Below, in pieces: positions 63,280 to 64,000 of a stretch of DNA of 64,000 bases. Location: positions 1,860 through 65,859 of the forward strand of contig CAVSOH010000010.1 in NCBI GenBank assembly GCA_963729555.1. Direction: 5' to 3'. This DNA comes from an uncultured Acidobacteriaceae bacterium. GTDB taxonomy: Bacteria; Acidobacteriota; Terriglobia; Terriglobales; Acidobacteriaceae. Numbering within the stretch: the stretch's first letter is position 1; each line of letters opens with the position of its first letter. The notes beneath the pieces were generated by a model that was not told where the DNA came from, searched no databases, and saw nothing but the letters and a program-made list of their open reading frames with translations. The translations under genes were made by a program, and so were the position numbers.

Positions 63280-63442
63280 CGATGTATTCACCAAACGGCA
63301 CAAGCAGTCCAAAGGTCCATTGATCCCACGAGGACAAGCTATACGGGATAATTTGGGAACGCAATGACAGGCTGAAACGTACCCACTCAAAGTAAAGACT
63401 TTCAGCATAATCGAGTAGTGGGCCGCTCCTGGAGGTTATGGA

Positions 63443-63967
63443 GTGATAGAACAGATGCGAGAAGTGTCGCCGGGGGGCAAGGCCAGGACTGCTGGTGTCT
63501 TTTATTTGCTCGCCGTGCTGACGGCCGTATCAGGCGAGTCCTTCCTTCGCGGCAGGTTGAGTTACGCGGCGGGCCTCATCGCGGTTGCGTGCTTTGTCGT
63601 TGTGACGCTGGTGCTTTACGGCATATTCAAACCGGTGAATGGGCGCCTCGCTTCGCTTGCAGCGGCTTCCGGGCTCGTGGGACTCAGCTTTGAGGCTCTT
63701 CGATGGAATCCCTGGGGAGTGGACGTCGCTATGGCGTTTCATGGGCTCTATTGCCTGCTGATCGGCTACCTCGTTTTCAGATCGACCTTTCTACCGCGAA
63801 TTCTGGGCGTGCTGATGGCGTTTGCCGGTTTGGCATGGATGATGACTCTTTTGTCACAGAGGCTTGTGGTCTGCGGTTTTCTCGGGGAAGGAGCGCTCAT
63901 GCTATGGCTGCTTGTGATGGGTGTGAATGTTCCACGCTGGAAGGAGCTTCCTGGTGGCTCCACTTGA
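63443..63967 (+). CDS. DUF4386-like membrane protein (short)
   Basis: ARTAGVFYLL...YGIFKPVN...LLIGYLVFRSTFLPRILGVLM...GEGALMLWLLVMGV. Confidence 0.75.
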   Translation: MIEQMREVSPGGKARTAGVFYLLAVLTAVSGESFLRGRLSYAAGLIAVACFVVVTLVLYGIFKPVNGRLASLAAASGLVGLSFEALRWNPWGVDVAMAFHGLYCLLIGYLVFRSTFLPRILGVLMAFAGLAWMMTLLSQRLVVCGFLGEGALMLWLLVMGVNVPRWKELPGGST

Positions 63968-64000
63968 AGCCTCGGCGGCGGTATGGAGATTCGGATGACG

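Overview
A 64-kb chromosomal segment of a high-GC bacterium. The gene content (a duplicated MacB/FtsX orphan 'ADOP'-type permease, a YXWGXW-repeat protein, carboxypeptidase-regulatory-like secreted proteins) points to Acidobacteriota, probably Acidobacteriaceae; this is inference. Housekeeping genes include murQ, rpoD, dnaG, trmJ, gluQ, a dinB-like Pol IV, pccB-like carboxylase, aspS, hisS, rpsU, rplU, rpmA, dut, purL, purF and purD. They are mixed with hydrolases (GDPD, GH31, S9, M28), a DesKR-like two-component/ABC module, an AbrB-Doc toxin-antitoxin module with a third zinc-finger gene lying between dnaG and rpoD, two frameshifted genes and one heavily decayed AT-rich pseudogene. I found no tRNA, rRNA, CRISPR array, integrase or transposase. 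Most notable: a stand-alone LysW-like carrier protein lacking EDWGE; an ABCD/YddA-type transporter with all ATPase motifs degenerate; a rhomboid lacking both catalytic residues; three families of dispersed intergenic repeats; eight probable leaderless genes; a structured rplU leader; and kilobase-scale G/C strand-skew domains that do not depend on gene orientation. All family assignments come from motif recognition by eye; no database search was run.
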